Notes under the pieces: model-generated | Told to the model about the DNA's origin: nothing | The model's input: only the letters and a program-made list of their open reading frames with translations | Database searches by the model: none | Position numbers and translations under genes: made by a program | Shown here: in pieces, positions 50,198-63,057 of the stretch | Layout: the number at the start of each line of letters is the position of its first letter | How positions within the stretch are numbered: the stretch's first letter is position 1 | Origin: Geosiphon pyriformis uo1 | Lineage: Eukaryota > Fungi > Glomeromycota | Length of the DNA stretch: 64,000 nt | NCBI GenBank assembly: GCA_016748015.1 | Contig: JAAOMT010000570.1 | Coordinates: 805,231-869,230, forward strand | Reading direction: 5' to 3'

Positions 50198-52030
50198 ATG
50201 CTTGGTTTAAGCTAAGAAAATTAATTCATTGATTGTAAAAGCTGTAAACAAAACTTTATTTGTGATTTTGGATAGTGATTTTAATAAAGATAGTTTTTAT
50301 AGATTTGCTAGTTTTAAGAGATGTTTTAATCTGAGACTGGTTAATTCTTTGGTGAGAAGCTTAACTGCAAAAATTTCAACATGAAAAAATTTTAAAGATG
50401 TTGAAAAAACAATTGATTTTGTATTTGTTTTCTTAAATTTAATTAATACAGTAGTAAATTGTAATGTTCTGAATATTGAAAAACACTTTAACATTAATTA
50501 TCAAGCAGTTTTTATCTCTGTAAATTTAAGTAGTTTGCTGGATGTATATTTGAACTTTTTTTGTAAACAGATGAATAGGAATTGTTAAAATTTTGATTTT
50601 AAAGGTGCTAATAATACAAAGTAAGACAAATTCAAAGATATTATAATGGCTAATACTATAATGTTTTCTGATAAGTTTGTTGTGTCTAAAAGTTTCTGAA
50701 ATATAGATATAATATAAAATATCATTTATAAAGTAATAAGTTTATTAACTAATAAAATGTTTAAAAAAAATGGTTCAAAAATTTTGATGGTGTTTTTACC
50801 AAAAAATATTCTAAGTTTCATAAGTTAGAAGTTTTAATGTCAAAAATTGTTAAAATTTTATATATAGGAACCAGTAATAAGTTAATCTCTTTGATGAGCT
50901 GCTAAATATCTTTGAATAATAATAAGATTTTGAATATTTAAATTTTGTTAAACTCTGGTGCTAATTTTGGTTATGTAAAATTTGCTCTATCTGGTATAAA
51001 AAAATTCTATTTGCTTTTAAGCTTGTTAAATCACTGAGAGCTAAAAAATTGAATATTAGATTTGTTATTAACAAATACATAAATAATTTTACTGTCAATA
51101 AAATCATACAATTAAAAATATATTGGAGTGTTTATTTTTGAAAGTAGTTTTAAACCACTTAGTCATTAATAATAAATTGGTTCTGGATTTTAATAAGATC
51201 AAATCTAAAATTAATAAGATAATAAAAAGTTAAACAAGAAAAAAACTGGTGTTAAACAGTGTTTCTAATATGTGGCATTATTAATATTTATTATTGGCTC
51301 ATATTAATAATAATGTTTTCTTTGATATTATGAATGCTATTGCTTATAATAATATGTTGCAAGTGGTTAAAAACTTGCCAGATAAGAAAATTGTTAATTT
51401 GTTTAGTATTATTAATGAATTTTAAAAACATTATAATGGTTTTGTTTTTATAATGTTCTTAGATCTTCTAAACTTTTGCTTGGTATGTGAATCTGTATCT
51501 TAACTTTGAAAAAAGATCTAAGTATTAATAATTTCTAAATATAATAAATAAATAAAATTTTTAATAAATACTAAACCAATTATCTTAATTAAAACTACTT
51601 AGAAATTTTTTTTAAAAATACTTTTAAATAGAATTTTATTAGTCTGCAACAGATTTAACATTTTTTAACAACAATTTTTCTGTACTTAAGGACACTATTA
51701 CTCAGTTTTTTATTTTTATAATAAGCTTAGTGTTAAAAAATATATTGGAAAAGAGTTGTAAACTTTGATTAGTCTTGCAAGATATGCAAAAAACTTATAA
51801 TTCTGTTGGTTGGCATTATCTGAAAGATAGTTTGATTTGGATAAAAATATGTAAACAGTTTATTAGGTTTTTTAATAGTATTTATAATAATAGGATTAAT
51901 TAAATTATAACAAATTATAGACTTATTAATAAGTACTAAGTGTATAATAGTTTAGACCAAGATAAAGTTTTCTTTTCTCTGTTTTAAAAAATTTTTTATA
52001 ATTCTTTTTTGTGTATAAAAACTTGTATGG
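50198..52030 (+). pseudogene. LINE-d: decayed internal ORF2 fragment (C-terminal half of APE to mid-RT), cut by LTR elements on both sides
   Basis: INSLIVKAVNKTLFVILDSDFNKD, KTIDFVFV, LVLQDMQKTYNSVGW, LDQDKVFFSL match LINE-b/c ORF2. Confidence 0.85.
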
Positions 52031-52230
52031 TGTTACCAGAAGTTTTTGGTCTCTTTTCTTAAATGTTGGTAATATTGATTTGCTGTGAATTCACATTCTT
52101 AAGAAGTAGTTGAATCTCCAGTAACTGAATTTATCTTCAAATTATCTCCTATAATTTGAACTGCTGGGCTTATAAGTAGAATGGCCAATTCCTTGCCAGT
52201 TATTTTATGTAGTTACATTGTAGTAAACAT
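52031..52230 (-). repeat. U5 end of a reverse-oriented LTR (element X, same family as Y and Z), itself interrupted by element Y
   Basis: Reverse complement matches the last ~200 bp of LTRs 52231-53215 and 55055-56047, ending CTGGTAACA. Confidence 0.85.
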
Positions 52231-55054
52231 TGTTACCAGATGAAATAAGAGATATTGTTTAGCATAAAATTACTCTTATAAATCTTATTATTAATTAGCA
52301 TATATTATCGTTTTAAATTATCACTTATTACATTAACAAAATATCCGAAATTATCATTTAATTAATAATCCAATTTGTACATAACACAAATGTAACCTAA
52401 GTGCAATGATCAATTATGCAATACTCTGAAATATGTAATATTCAAAAGTTTGTTGAAATTTGTAGAAATTAACCAAAATAATTGATAGTTCACCAAAATA
52501 TCTAATAGTTCACAGAAATAACTTGTAGTTTGCCAAAATGTATCTTTAGTTCAGCAAAATTGTAGAAAAGAGCAAAGTTCAAGTTCATAGAATAGTGTTA
52601 TGATAAGTTGTATAAAAAAAGAGCTTCTTTTTTCAAAAAAATGTATCTTACTTTAGATTTATCACTTAGAACCATTCCTACACACACAAAAAGAAATAAA
52701 AATCAAATAATTCAAAAAAAAAAACCAAATTCTTTAATTATTACACTTGGAAAATCCTCAAAACCCAACTAACATTTTGAAATTGATTAGCTACCAATTT
52801 CAGTAAACTGTTAGTGACTCCAGGTCTGGATAGAAAACGTTTTCCTTGACAGAATTCTATTTCTTTTACATTTTTTTATTTTTTTTCTTTTATTTTCTTA
52901 TCATAATCATTAGGGTAGCCTACAGACAAGATTCCTGTAGAAGAGTTGACTTTTACAGCAAAATAACTACACATTTTAGTGAGCTTCCAGACAAGCAATT
53001 CCTGGGAAAGAGTTGACATTTACTACAACATAACTACATGAAACAACTGGCACAGAATTGGCCATTCCACTTATAAGCCCAGCAGTTCAAATTATAGAAG
53101 ATAATTTGAAGATAAATTCAGTTATTGGAGGTTCAAACACTTCCCATAATCGTGAATTAACAGCATTACAACAAACATACAAAAGCTAAGAAGAGACCAA
53201 AAACCTCTGGTAACATTTGGTGCTCTTTCACAGAAACAACACAGCAAAAACAACTTCAAAGTGGTAACCACACCAGATGCAACAACTCTAGAGTATTACC
53301 AGTCAATTTACACCCACTGCAAGCAAAGATTCAACATTCCAGACGGAATTGAAGTTGTCAAAAAATCAGTATATCAATACATTGAAAACTGCATCAACAA
53401 TTATCTTTTTGGAAATTACAATATCTCAGAAGTTAGAAGCAACCTTTACAATAATTTAGTACACTATTCACAGTTGGGAACTGAAAACCTTAACAGTGAA
53501 ACACTTGCTACTTACTTTCAAGAACTTAATTTTAACATTATCAAGTACTGTGAAGAAACATATCCAGTGCAGTCTCAATACTCTATTGATTTTAAATTAA
53601 AGACAGAAACAAGCAACAAAGGCAAACAAAAATTAAAACAATACTCAAAAACCACCCCAAATACTCCAATACTACCAAAAACAATTGCCAAACACTTACA
53701 AACACCTGAACAAGAAACCAGTTCAAAACTTCCACTTACTATCACACCTTTTCCAGCTTCACTTGCATAAGCACAAACACCTAATTTACTCTTAAATCAA
53801 TTTGCAAGACTAAAAGATTTTACATTACCTAGAAGTCCCACCAGACAACAAGAACCCCTTCAAATTAGTTCCAATCTCCTTGATTTTCTAGCTGAAAATC
53901 GAAGTGAACACTCTGAAACAGCAGCAAATGAAGAAAATAATTCTGAAATATCTGAAGAAGAATCAATAGACAGTGAAAACAAAGAAGACAAAATGACAAC
54001 ATATATCGCAAAAATCTCTGAATTTAATGGAGAAGACATTGAGACCAGTCCCCAAGAATGGCTTGACCAAGTTACTAAAGCTGAAGATGCAAATGGATGG
54101 AATGCTGCCAGAATGCTAAGAACAATTCCCTACTTTCTCAAAAGAACAGCAGGTGAATGGTTCGAAAACTTAACCACCCCTTTTAATGACTGAACAGCTT
54201 TCAAAACTGTCTTCTTAGAACAATTCACCGATAACAACACCTCAATCACACTTCGAAATTGTTTTTACAATATCAAACAAAAACCCTCTGAATCTGTCAT
54301 GACTTATATTGGAAAATTCAACAAACTTCTCAGATGAATTCGCCAACTTGAAACTAATGATTATTATTCCAATGCTCAAATTTTGGATCAATTTATCACT
54401 AGTTTAAAGGATAAACTGATTAAAAAAGTTTGCCCACATCCCCCAGAAGATTTAAACTCTGCCATTCACTATGCAAAGAGATATGAAATGGCCATGAAAG
54501 AAGCCAATTGTACAAAACTCATGAACTTAGCCATTGGAGAGACCAGCTCAGCAGCTGAAGAGAAAATTGACCAACTCACAAAAAAAGTCAAAAACTATTT
54601 CACCAACCAACAACAATAGCAACTCCAAAGATATTAACCACCCCAAAGATGGAATCAAAACAACTTTGTATCATCCTCTAATAACCAGCCTCAGAATTGC
54701 CATTATTGTGGAATCTCTGGCCACTGGAAAAGAGATTGCAGAAAGCTACAACAAGACCAACAAAACAGGAGTAATCAATGTTACCCTTCACCACAACAAT
54801 CTTATTACCAACCACCACTACCATCAGCTTACTATCTATCAAGACTGCAATATCAAACCAACTACTATTAACCTGCTCCACAGCCAATGCAACAACAGTA
54901 TTGACAATCCATTCAACATTACCAAGTATCTGCTCAAAGATTGGTTCAACAAAACCAATTTGCACCACAAAACCAATTTGCAACAAACAACAACAGAATC
55001 AATCCAAATAACCAATTAGTTCCTTAAAATCCAGTTCAGCCAAGACCTACCCAT
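52231..55054 (+). mobile_element. Ty3/Gypsy element Y, 5' portion (LTR 52231-53215, PBS 53218-53235, gag to 55054), interrupted by element Z
   Basis: TGTTA...TAACA LTR; TGGTGCTC PBS; capsid-like gag from ATG 53993; CHYCGISGHWKRDC knuckle; Gln-rich tail. Confidence 0.9.
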
Positions 55055-55449
55055 TGTTACCAGTAAAATTTTAGCTATTAATTAGCATGAAATTACCCTT
55101 ATAATTTTTATAATTCATTAGTATATTAATATCATTTCAAATTATCATTTATTATTTAATCAATTATTACATATCATGATTCAATTAAAATAATCTAATT
55201 AGTATAACAGAAAGTAAGATGATCAAATTACACAATACTCTGAACTTTGTAACATTTAAAAATTCGCCGAAATTTACAGAAATTCGCCGAAATTTATAAG
55301 AAATTCGCTGAAATTATGAATAGTTCACCCAAATTAATCAATAATTCAGCGAAATAACTTGTAGTTCATCAAAATGTATCTTTAGTTTACTGGAATTTGG
55401 GAAAAGAGAAAAAAAGTGCAAGTTTATAAACTAGTACTACAACAAATTG

Positions 55450-55456
55450 TATAAAA
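55450..55456 (+). promoter_or_regulatory. Putative TATA box in LTR Z (equivalent at 52611 in LTR Y)
   Basis: TATAAAA at the same position in both LTRs, downstream of a GAAATT repeat array. Confidence 0.55.
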
Positions 55457-56049
55457 GAAGAGCTTTTCTCTTCTGGAAAATGTATCTTACTTTAGATTTA
55501 TCTCTTAGAACCATTCCTATACACACAAAAAGAAATAAATATCAAATAATTCAAAAAACCAAATTCTTTAATTATTGTACTTGGAAAATTCCCAAAACCC
55601 AACTAACATTTCGAAATTGATTAGCTACCAATTTCAGTAAACTGTTAGTGATTCCAGGCCTGGATAAAAAACGTTTCTCTTAATAGAATTCTATTTCTTT
55701 TACATTTCTTTTATTTTTCTTTTATTTTCTTATTACAATCATTAGGGTAGCCTACAGATAAAATTTCTGTAGAAGAGTTGACTTTCACAGCAAAGTAACT
55801 ACATATTTAGTGAGCTTCCAGACAAGCAATTCCTAGGAAAGAGTTGACGTTTACTACAACATAACTACATAAAGTAACTGGCAAAGGAATTGGCCATTCC
55901 ACTTATAAGCCCAGCAGTTCAAATTATAGAAGATAATTTGAAGATAAATTCAGTTATTGGAGGTTCAACTACTTTCTAAAAACGTAAATTCACAGCAAAT
56001 CAACATTACCAACATTTAAAAAAAGAGACCAAAAACCTCTGGTAACATT

Positions 56050-56067
56050 TGGTGCTCTCCCACGGAA
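56050..56067 (+). promoter_or_regulatory. Primer-binding site of element Z (TGGTGCTCTCCCACGGAA)
   Basis: 2 nt after the LTR end; the complement reads as a tRNA 3' end (TTCCGTG-GGAGAGC-A-CCA). Confidence 0.85.
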
Positions 56068-56092
56068 ATAACACAGTAACAACAAATTCAAA

Positions 56093-59000
56093 GTGACAAC
56101 CACACCAGACACAGCAACTCTAGAGTATTACCAGTCAATTTACACCCACTGTAAGCAAAGATTCAACATTCCAGACGGAATTGAAATTGTAAAGAAATCA
56201 GTATACCAATACATTGAAAACCGCATCAACAATTATTTTTTTGAAAACTACAACATTTCAGAAGTTAGAAGCAACCTCTACAATAATTTAGTGCATTATT
56301 CACAATTGGGAACAGAAGACCTGAACAGTGAAACACTTGCTACCTATTTCCAAGAACTTAATTTTAATATTATTAAGTATTGTGAAGAAAAATACTCAGT
56401 ACAGTCTAAATACTCTTTTGATTTTGAATCAGAGACAGAAACAAGCAATAAAGGCAAACAAAGATTGAAGCAATACTCAAGAACCACTCCAAACACTCCA
56501 ACACTACAAAAGACAACTGCCAAACATTTGCAAACACCTGAATAAGGAACCAGTGTCAAATTACCACTTTCTATTACACCATTTCCAATTTTACTTGTTC
56601 AACCACAAACACCAAGTTTACCACTTAGCCGTTTCTCCAGACCAGAAGATTTTCAGTCACTTAGAAATCCTACTCAACAGCAGAAACCAATATCAACAAG
56701 TGCTAATATCATTGATTACTTACAGGAAAACGAAAGTAATTACTCAGAAAGCTTGGAAAGTAAAGAAACTGAATCAGAACCAGAAGAAATTCCAGAAAAC
56801 GAAGAAGAAATGGCAACTGCTTACATTGCAAAAATCCCAGAATTCACTGGTGAAGACAATGATACCAGTCCCCAAGAATGGCTTGACAAAGTTCAAAAAG
56901 CAGGAGATGCAAATGGTTGGATTGCAGCAAGAATGCTCAAAGCAATTCCCTACTTTCTCCAAGAAACAGCAGGAGAATGGTTTGAAAATTTAGAAAAACT
57001 ATTTGAAAACTGGCAAGCATTCAAACATGCTTTTCTACAACAATTCACTGACAACAATACCTTTATCACTTTCAGAAACTGCTTTCACAATATTAAACAA
57101 GAAACATCTGAATCTGTTATGACCTATCTTGGAAGATTTAACAAACTTCTTAGATGAATCCGACAATTGGAAACCAATGACTACTATTCTGATGCTCAAA
57201 TTCTGGATCAGTTTATAGCAGGGTTAAAAGACAAACTGATTAAGAAAGTCCGTCCACATGCTCCAGCAGACTTAGCAACTGCTATTAGACATGCAAAGAG
57301 CTATGAAATGGCAATGGAAGAAACAAATCACACCAAGCTTGTAAATCTTGCAATTGGAAAAACCAGCTCAGCAGCTGAAAAGAAGATAGACCAACTCACA
57401 AAAAAAGTTGAAAGCTACTTCACAAACCAACAACAACAGCAACAACAACCACAAAGATATCAACCCCCACAATGACACAACCAAAACAATTTTGGATCAT
57501 CATCCAACAACCAATCTCAAAATTGTCATTATTGTGGAATTCTAGGACACTGGAAACAAGATTGTAGGAAATTACAAAGAGACCAACAAAACAGGAGTAA
57601 TTAACATTACTCTTCACTACAACAATCCTATTACCAATCTCTACCACCATCTTATTATTCACCAAGACCACAAAATCAAAACAGTTACTATCCACCAGCT
57701 CCACAATCAATGCAGCAACAATATCAGCAACCTTTACCAATTCAGCCATATCAGACACCACCCACTCAACAATATCAAGTATTAGCAAGAAGATTGGTTT
57801 AACATAACCAATCCACACCCCAAAATCAATTGCAGAATAACCACAACAGAATCAATCCAAATAACCAGTTGGTTCCCCGAAATTCGGGTCAGCAAAGACC
57901 CAGTCACTATCACACTCAACCCAGTTATCTTACAATACCAGAGGAATTGGATTTTCAACAAACTGCATTTTCTGAAGGTGAAATTGCAGCACCAAGATCA
58001 AACTCTTCCAACCACACCATTCTCCCAGCTCAAATTGCCCAAAATGCTAATCTGTCAGATATATTTCCATTTGAATTTGAGGCAAATGAATCACCATTTC
58101 TGCTTAGTAATGCAGCAGTCAATGAACAGAAAGCAATTACTGCCATGTACACAGAAGCTACAGTGGAAGGAAAACCCATTTGCTTAATCTTAGATAGTGG
58201 ATCAGCTGGAAGTATCATCACTTACCAGCTGATGCAACAACTCAAACAAAACGTAGACAGACCAGCTCAAACAGTTATTGTTATAGCTGATGGTATGAAG
58301 AAGACTCCAGTAAGAGAAATTGATGATTTCTCTTTTTCAATTAATGGAATCACCATTTCAGTTAAAGTTCTTGTTATGGATGCACCCCAATATCAAGCTC
58401 TAGTCGGAAATGATTGGCTTCTCAAGGCCAATGCAAACCTGAACTGAGAAACTCAAGAACTTAAAATCTTATACCAAGGACAATATACCATAGTACCTGC
58501 AACCTGTGGTACTTTTAACAAACGATCAGAAAAAGCTCCAGTATTTGAATTTGAAGAGGAGAAAGAAATGCCACTGACTGAAACCTACATGGCTCTTGGA
58601 TCAACATCCAATTGGGCTGAAGAAACCGAACAAGAGATTTTTGAAGAATCAAGAGGATAGAAGAAAGTTAGATATTCTATACTAGAACCACAAAAACAAC
58701 TACTCTATATTCCACTCAAATGCAAAGATTGCAACAAAAAACTTTCATCAATGAAAGCATGTATTTCTCCAGAAGAGGAATATGAAACTCGTATTTGTTA
58801 CTTTTGCAAAACATGCCATAGAGAACGATTTGGATCTCCAAAAAGAAGTGAAAAATGTGACAACACATCTTGCCTTACATGTGAAGAAATACTACCAGAA
58901 GAATGCAATTGGATTGATGTAGCAATGAGAGGAGGAGTATGTGATCAAACCTGTCAATATGCTCTATCAATTTTGGAAAAAGTCAGAAGAGGGACACTAT

Positions 59001-62000
59001 TTGATGCAGCATACAACAGTGCTCTCAATAAACTTTACCACTACTCTCATGATGCTGAAATGATTTTTGATCTAACAATGGCATTAATCAATAGAGTCAC
59101 TCAAGAAGATGTTCGCCAAATGAAAGAAGCTAAATATATTGAGTACACTATGGAATTAGCTGGATTTGATTATGAAGATGAAGTAGAAACCTACCACCAA
59201 ATTGCAAGCCACACATATCCAACCAAAGAAGCTCAAATTCAATGATTAGAGTGAATGAACATTCAATTGTGTGAAGAATGTGTTATGCCTTGTGATGACC
59301 AATGGTGTTTAGAATGTTATGCTCTTAGCATTCCTCTGTCAGATGAGAATGATGAAAATAAAATCGAATTTGAAGTATCTGAACAAGTAGAAGAACTACC
59401 AACCACTCCCATCTATCTTCTTGAAAAGCAACTATCTCTACAACTTAAATATTTTGACAACCATGGCCAAGGAATCAGACCAGAAAAAGCACACAAAATT
59501 GATGCTGGATATGACTTGAGATACCCAGGAAAAGATACTTTGATTCTCCAACCAAAGTCTTTGACAAAAATCAATCTAAAAATTGCTCTTGAAATTCCAC
59601 CAGGAGCAATGGTTCAAATTGCCTCCAGATCATCATTGGCAAGCAAAGGAATCAATATTAGAGGAGGAATTATAGATGCAGGATACANNNNNNNNNNNNN
59701 NNNNNNNNNNNNNNNNNNNNNNNNNNNNNNNNNNNNNNNNNNNNNNNNNNNNNNNNNNNNNNNNNNNNNNNNNNNNNNNNNNNNNNNNNNNNTTTGAAGC
59801 ATGAAATATCAATTCCAAACGTTTATATTCCCAAAAGAATGAAAAAATTTTGAGTTACATTCTACAACCCCAATAATTACCCTATTGTTTTATTAAACAA
59901 ATTAAAAATTGGAATCATACACAGCAATATCTTTCAAGATAAAAACCCTCAAATTGTCTCTAATTTCATCGAAATTATAAAGCACACTCTACTCCCAAAT
60001 CCAAATATCATTTCCACTACTGAAAACTACCACTTGTTGGAAAAAAAACTCTTTCAAATCAATATGGGTCCCTTAGAACCTTAACAACAAAGACAATTGA
60101 AACAATTGATAGCTGAATTTGCAGATATATTTGCAAAAGACAACAATAACTTGGGAAAAACAGACATTGTTCAACATCAGATCCATACAGGAGATGCTCT
60201 ACTAAAATGTCAACAAGCTTATCAAGTGCCACCTGCCAGCCATCAATTTATCAGAGAAGAGGTCCAAAAAATGCTCAATAACGGATTGATTCAACTATCA
60301 AGAAGTTTTTGGGTCTCACCAGTAGTTTTGGTTAAAAAGAAAAACGGAAAAATTAGATTCTGTGTTGATTATAGACAACTGAATAGTGTTACAATTGGAG
60401 ATGCCTACCCTCTTCCAAGAATTGATAACATGCTAGATGCTCTGGGAAAAGCCAAGTTTTTTTCAACTGTAGACCTGGAAAGTAGATACTGGCAAGTCAA
60501 AATAGACCCAAAAGATAGACTCAAAACAGCATTCACCACTTAAGGAGGAAATTATGAGTTTAATGTTATGCCTTTTGGAGTCTGCAATGCACCAGCAACA
60601 TTTTAGCGACTCATGGATGTTGTCTATAAAGGGCTCTTGTGGCAATCAGTAGTTGTTTATCTTGATGATACTAATGTATACTCACCAAGCTTTGAAGCCC
60701 ATCTCATTCACCTGCGAGAAGTTTTTTAATGATTACGGAAAGCAGGATTAAAGTTAAATATTGAGAAATGTCACTTTAGAAAAACAAGTTTGATCTTTCT
60801 TGGACACATAGTTAGTAAAAATGGAATCAAACCAAATCCAGGAACAATCAATGCTGTCAAAAACTTTCAAACCCCCAGAAATACTACAGAACTAAGAGAA
60901 TTTATGGGATTAGCCTCTTACTATCGAAAATTCATAAAAGAATTCTCAGAAATTGCCAAACCACTCAATTATCTTATTAACAAAAACGTACCATATAAAT
61001 GGACTGAAGAACAACAAAAAGCTTTTGAAATTCTCAAAACAAAATTGACAACAGCCCCAGTTCTTGCTTACCCAGATTTCAACAAACGATTCCAATTAGC
61101 CACTGATGCCTTACACATAGCATTTGGTGCCATCTTATCACAATTGGATGAAAAGGCCAAGAACAAGTTATTGTCTATGCCAGCAGAACACTCAAGCCAA
61201 CAGAACTCAAATATGGCTTCACTGAATTAGAAGCTGTTGCAGTTATTTGGGCTCTTAAACATTTTCAACAATATCTGAAAAATGGAAAAAAATTTGACAT
61301 AATAAGAGACAACATTGGTCTCAAATGGCTCAATAAAAAGAAAACTGAACAAAGTGCCAAACAGTCTCAATGGAATGACTTCTTAGCAGACTACAGATAT
61401 ATTGTATACCACAAACCAGAAAAACTACATACTAATGTTGATAGCCTCTCAAGAATGAGACAAGATTAATACCAACAACAATTCCACTACAACTTACCAA
61501 TTTACCAACAAAATAACCAAACAAGAATGGATCCCAGAAACTACAACAATCTTAAAAATTATTTGGAGACCCTTACCATGCCAGAAAACTGGTCTCCAAG
61601 TGAAAAACACTGCTTACAACACTAATCAAAACAATATTTCATACACCAGAACAAAATTTATTATAAAAATCACAAAAAACCAAACCAGCCACTCAGATTA
61701 GTACAAGAGAATGAAAAAGAAACAATTTTATACAACATATACACAGATCCGTCTTCAGCACACTTGAAAAAAGAAGGAACAATTCAAAGAACCCTCGAAC
61801 ATTATTTTTGGCCTCATATGCAAAAAGACATTTGACAATATGTAGAATCTTGTAATAGTTGTTAAAGAAGAGAAGGAATTCACCTCACAGAACCTTTAAA
61901 TCCAATCAAAGTTGAACAACCTTTTGACAGAGTTGGAATTGATTTAGTCAGACCATTACCTATCACAACCCAAGGAAATTGTTATATTGCAGTTGCAATG

Positions 62001-62912
62001 GATTATCTTACCAAATGGCCTGAAGCTAGAGCCATCCAAAGAGCAGATGCAAAATCAGTAGCAAAATTCATCTATGAAGACATTATCTGTAGACATGGAT
62101 GCCCAATTGAACTCTTATCTGATCAAGGAACACATTTTGTAAACAACTTGATACAAGAAATTTGTGAACGGTTCAATGTCAAAAAACCTCTATCATCACC
62201 TTATCACCCTCAAACAAATGGACTTGTAGAACATTTCAACAGAACATTGTGTGAATCTTTAGCCAAAGTCTCAACAGACTTTGAACAGGAATGGAATATT
62301 TTTATTCCATCAGTGTTACTAGCATACAGAACACTAAAACAAGATACTACGAAACACACACCATTTGATCTTACTTATGGAAGGACAGCAACATTACCAA
62401 TTAATTTCACAGTGGAAACATACCCAGTGCAACCAATCAATGAAGAAAACTTTCAAAAGACACTCCAAAGAAGAGCCTACACTCTTCTTAGTACACTGGA
62501 AGGAAAAAGAAGAATAGCAGCAGCTCATATTAAACATTCCCAAGCTCAACAAAAAGAAAGACATGACAACAAATTACCATCTATTACCAACGAATTTAAA
62601 GTTGGAAATAAAGTTCTCTTATACAGAACTAAGGCTGAAAAACAATGGAGTGGGAAATTTGAAAACAAATGGGATGGACCATTTTATATTCACGAAATTC
62701 TAGGCAATGGATCATATAAATTAAGACTTGATGACAAAATATTAGCAAAAGTTGCACATGGAGACAGATTGAAACACTATCATTCCAGAAACAATCCTGA
62801 ACCATTAATTCCACAAATTGGTACACATTCCCCTTTAATTAATTCTGAAGATATTCCCCAAAATTTAGAACCAATAATTATAATAGAACAACAACCAAAC
62901 TTGAACACTTAA
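56093..62912 (+). pseudogene. Element Z gag-pol polyprotein with nonsense mutations
   Basis: Fragments at 56093, 56753, 57167, 57830, 58751 and 59255 share one frame. CHYCGILGHWKQDC (NC), LILDSGS (PR), FCVDYRQLN, YPLPRID and VYLDD (RT), LATDA (RNase H), DYLTKW, SDQG, SPYHPQTNGLVE and WDGPF (IN). Confidence 0.93.
59480..59687 (+). other. dUTPase domain within element Z pol (cut by an assembly gap)
   Basis: Trimeric dUTPase motifs 1-3: DAGYDL, IASRSSL, GGIIDAGY. Confidence 0.93.
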
Positions 62913-63057
62913 ATTTTACAATAATTCTCTACTAAAAACACAAAGACAAAAATAGTAAATAATTACAAAACACCCAAACCCAAAAACAAATAAAAAAACC
63001 CCATATCCAAAAAATAATTTTCTTTATTCTCTCTTTTCATAATTAGTCAATTTTATC

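Noticed and set aside
52031-53215. About 200-bp inverted repeats suggesting a TIR DNA transposon or foldback element
   Set aside because: Explained by a plus-strand LTR inserted into a minus-strand LTR of the same family.
62560-62912. Chromodomain at the integrase C-terminus
   Set aside because: Only the GPF/SH3-like module and a short Pro/Ile-rich tail are present; no chromodomain motif.
12680-62912. Alternative genetic code or programmed readthrough to explain the many in-frame stops
   Set aside because: Stops fall at different positions in different copies, are of all three types, and match single transitions from Gln, Arg or Trp codons; host genes use the standard code.
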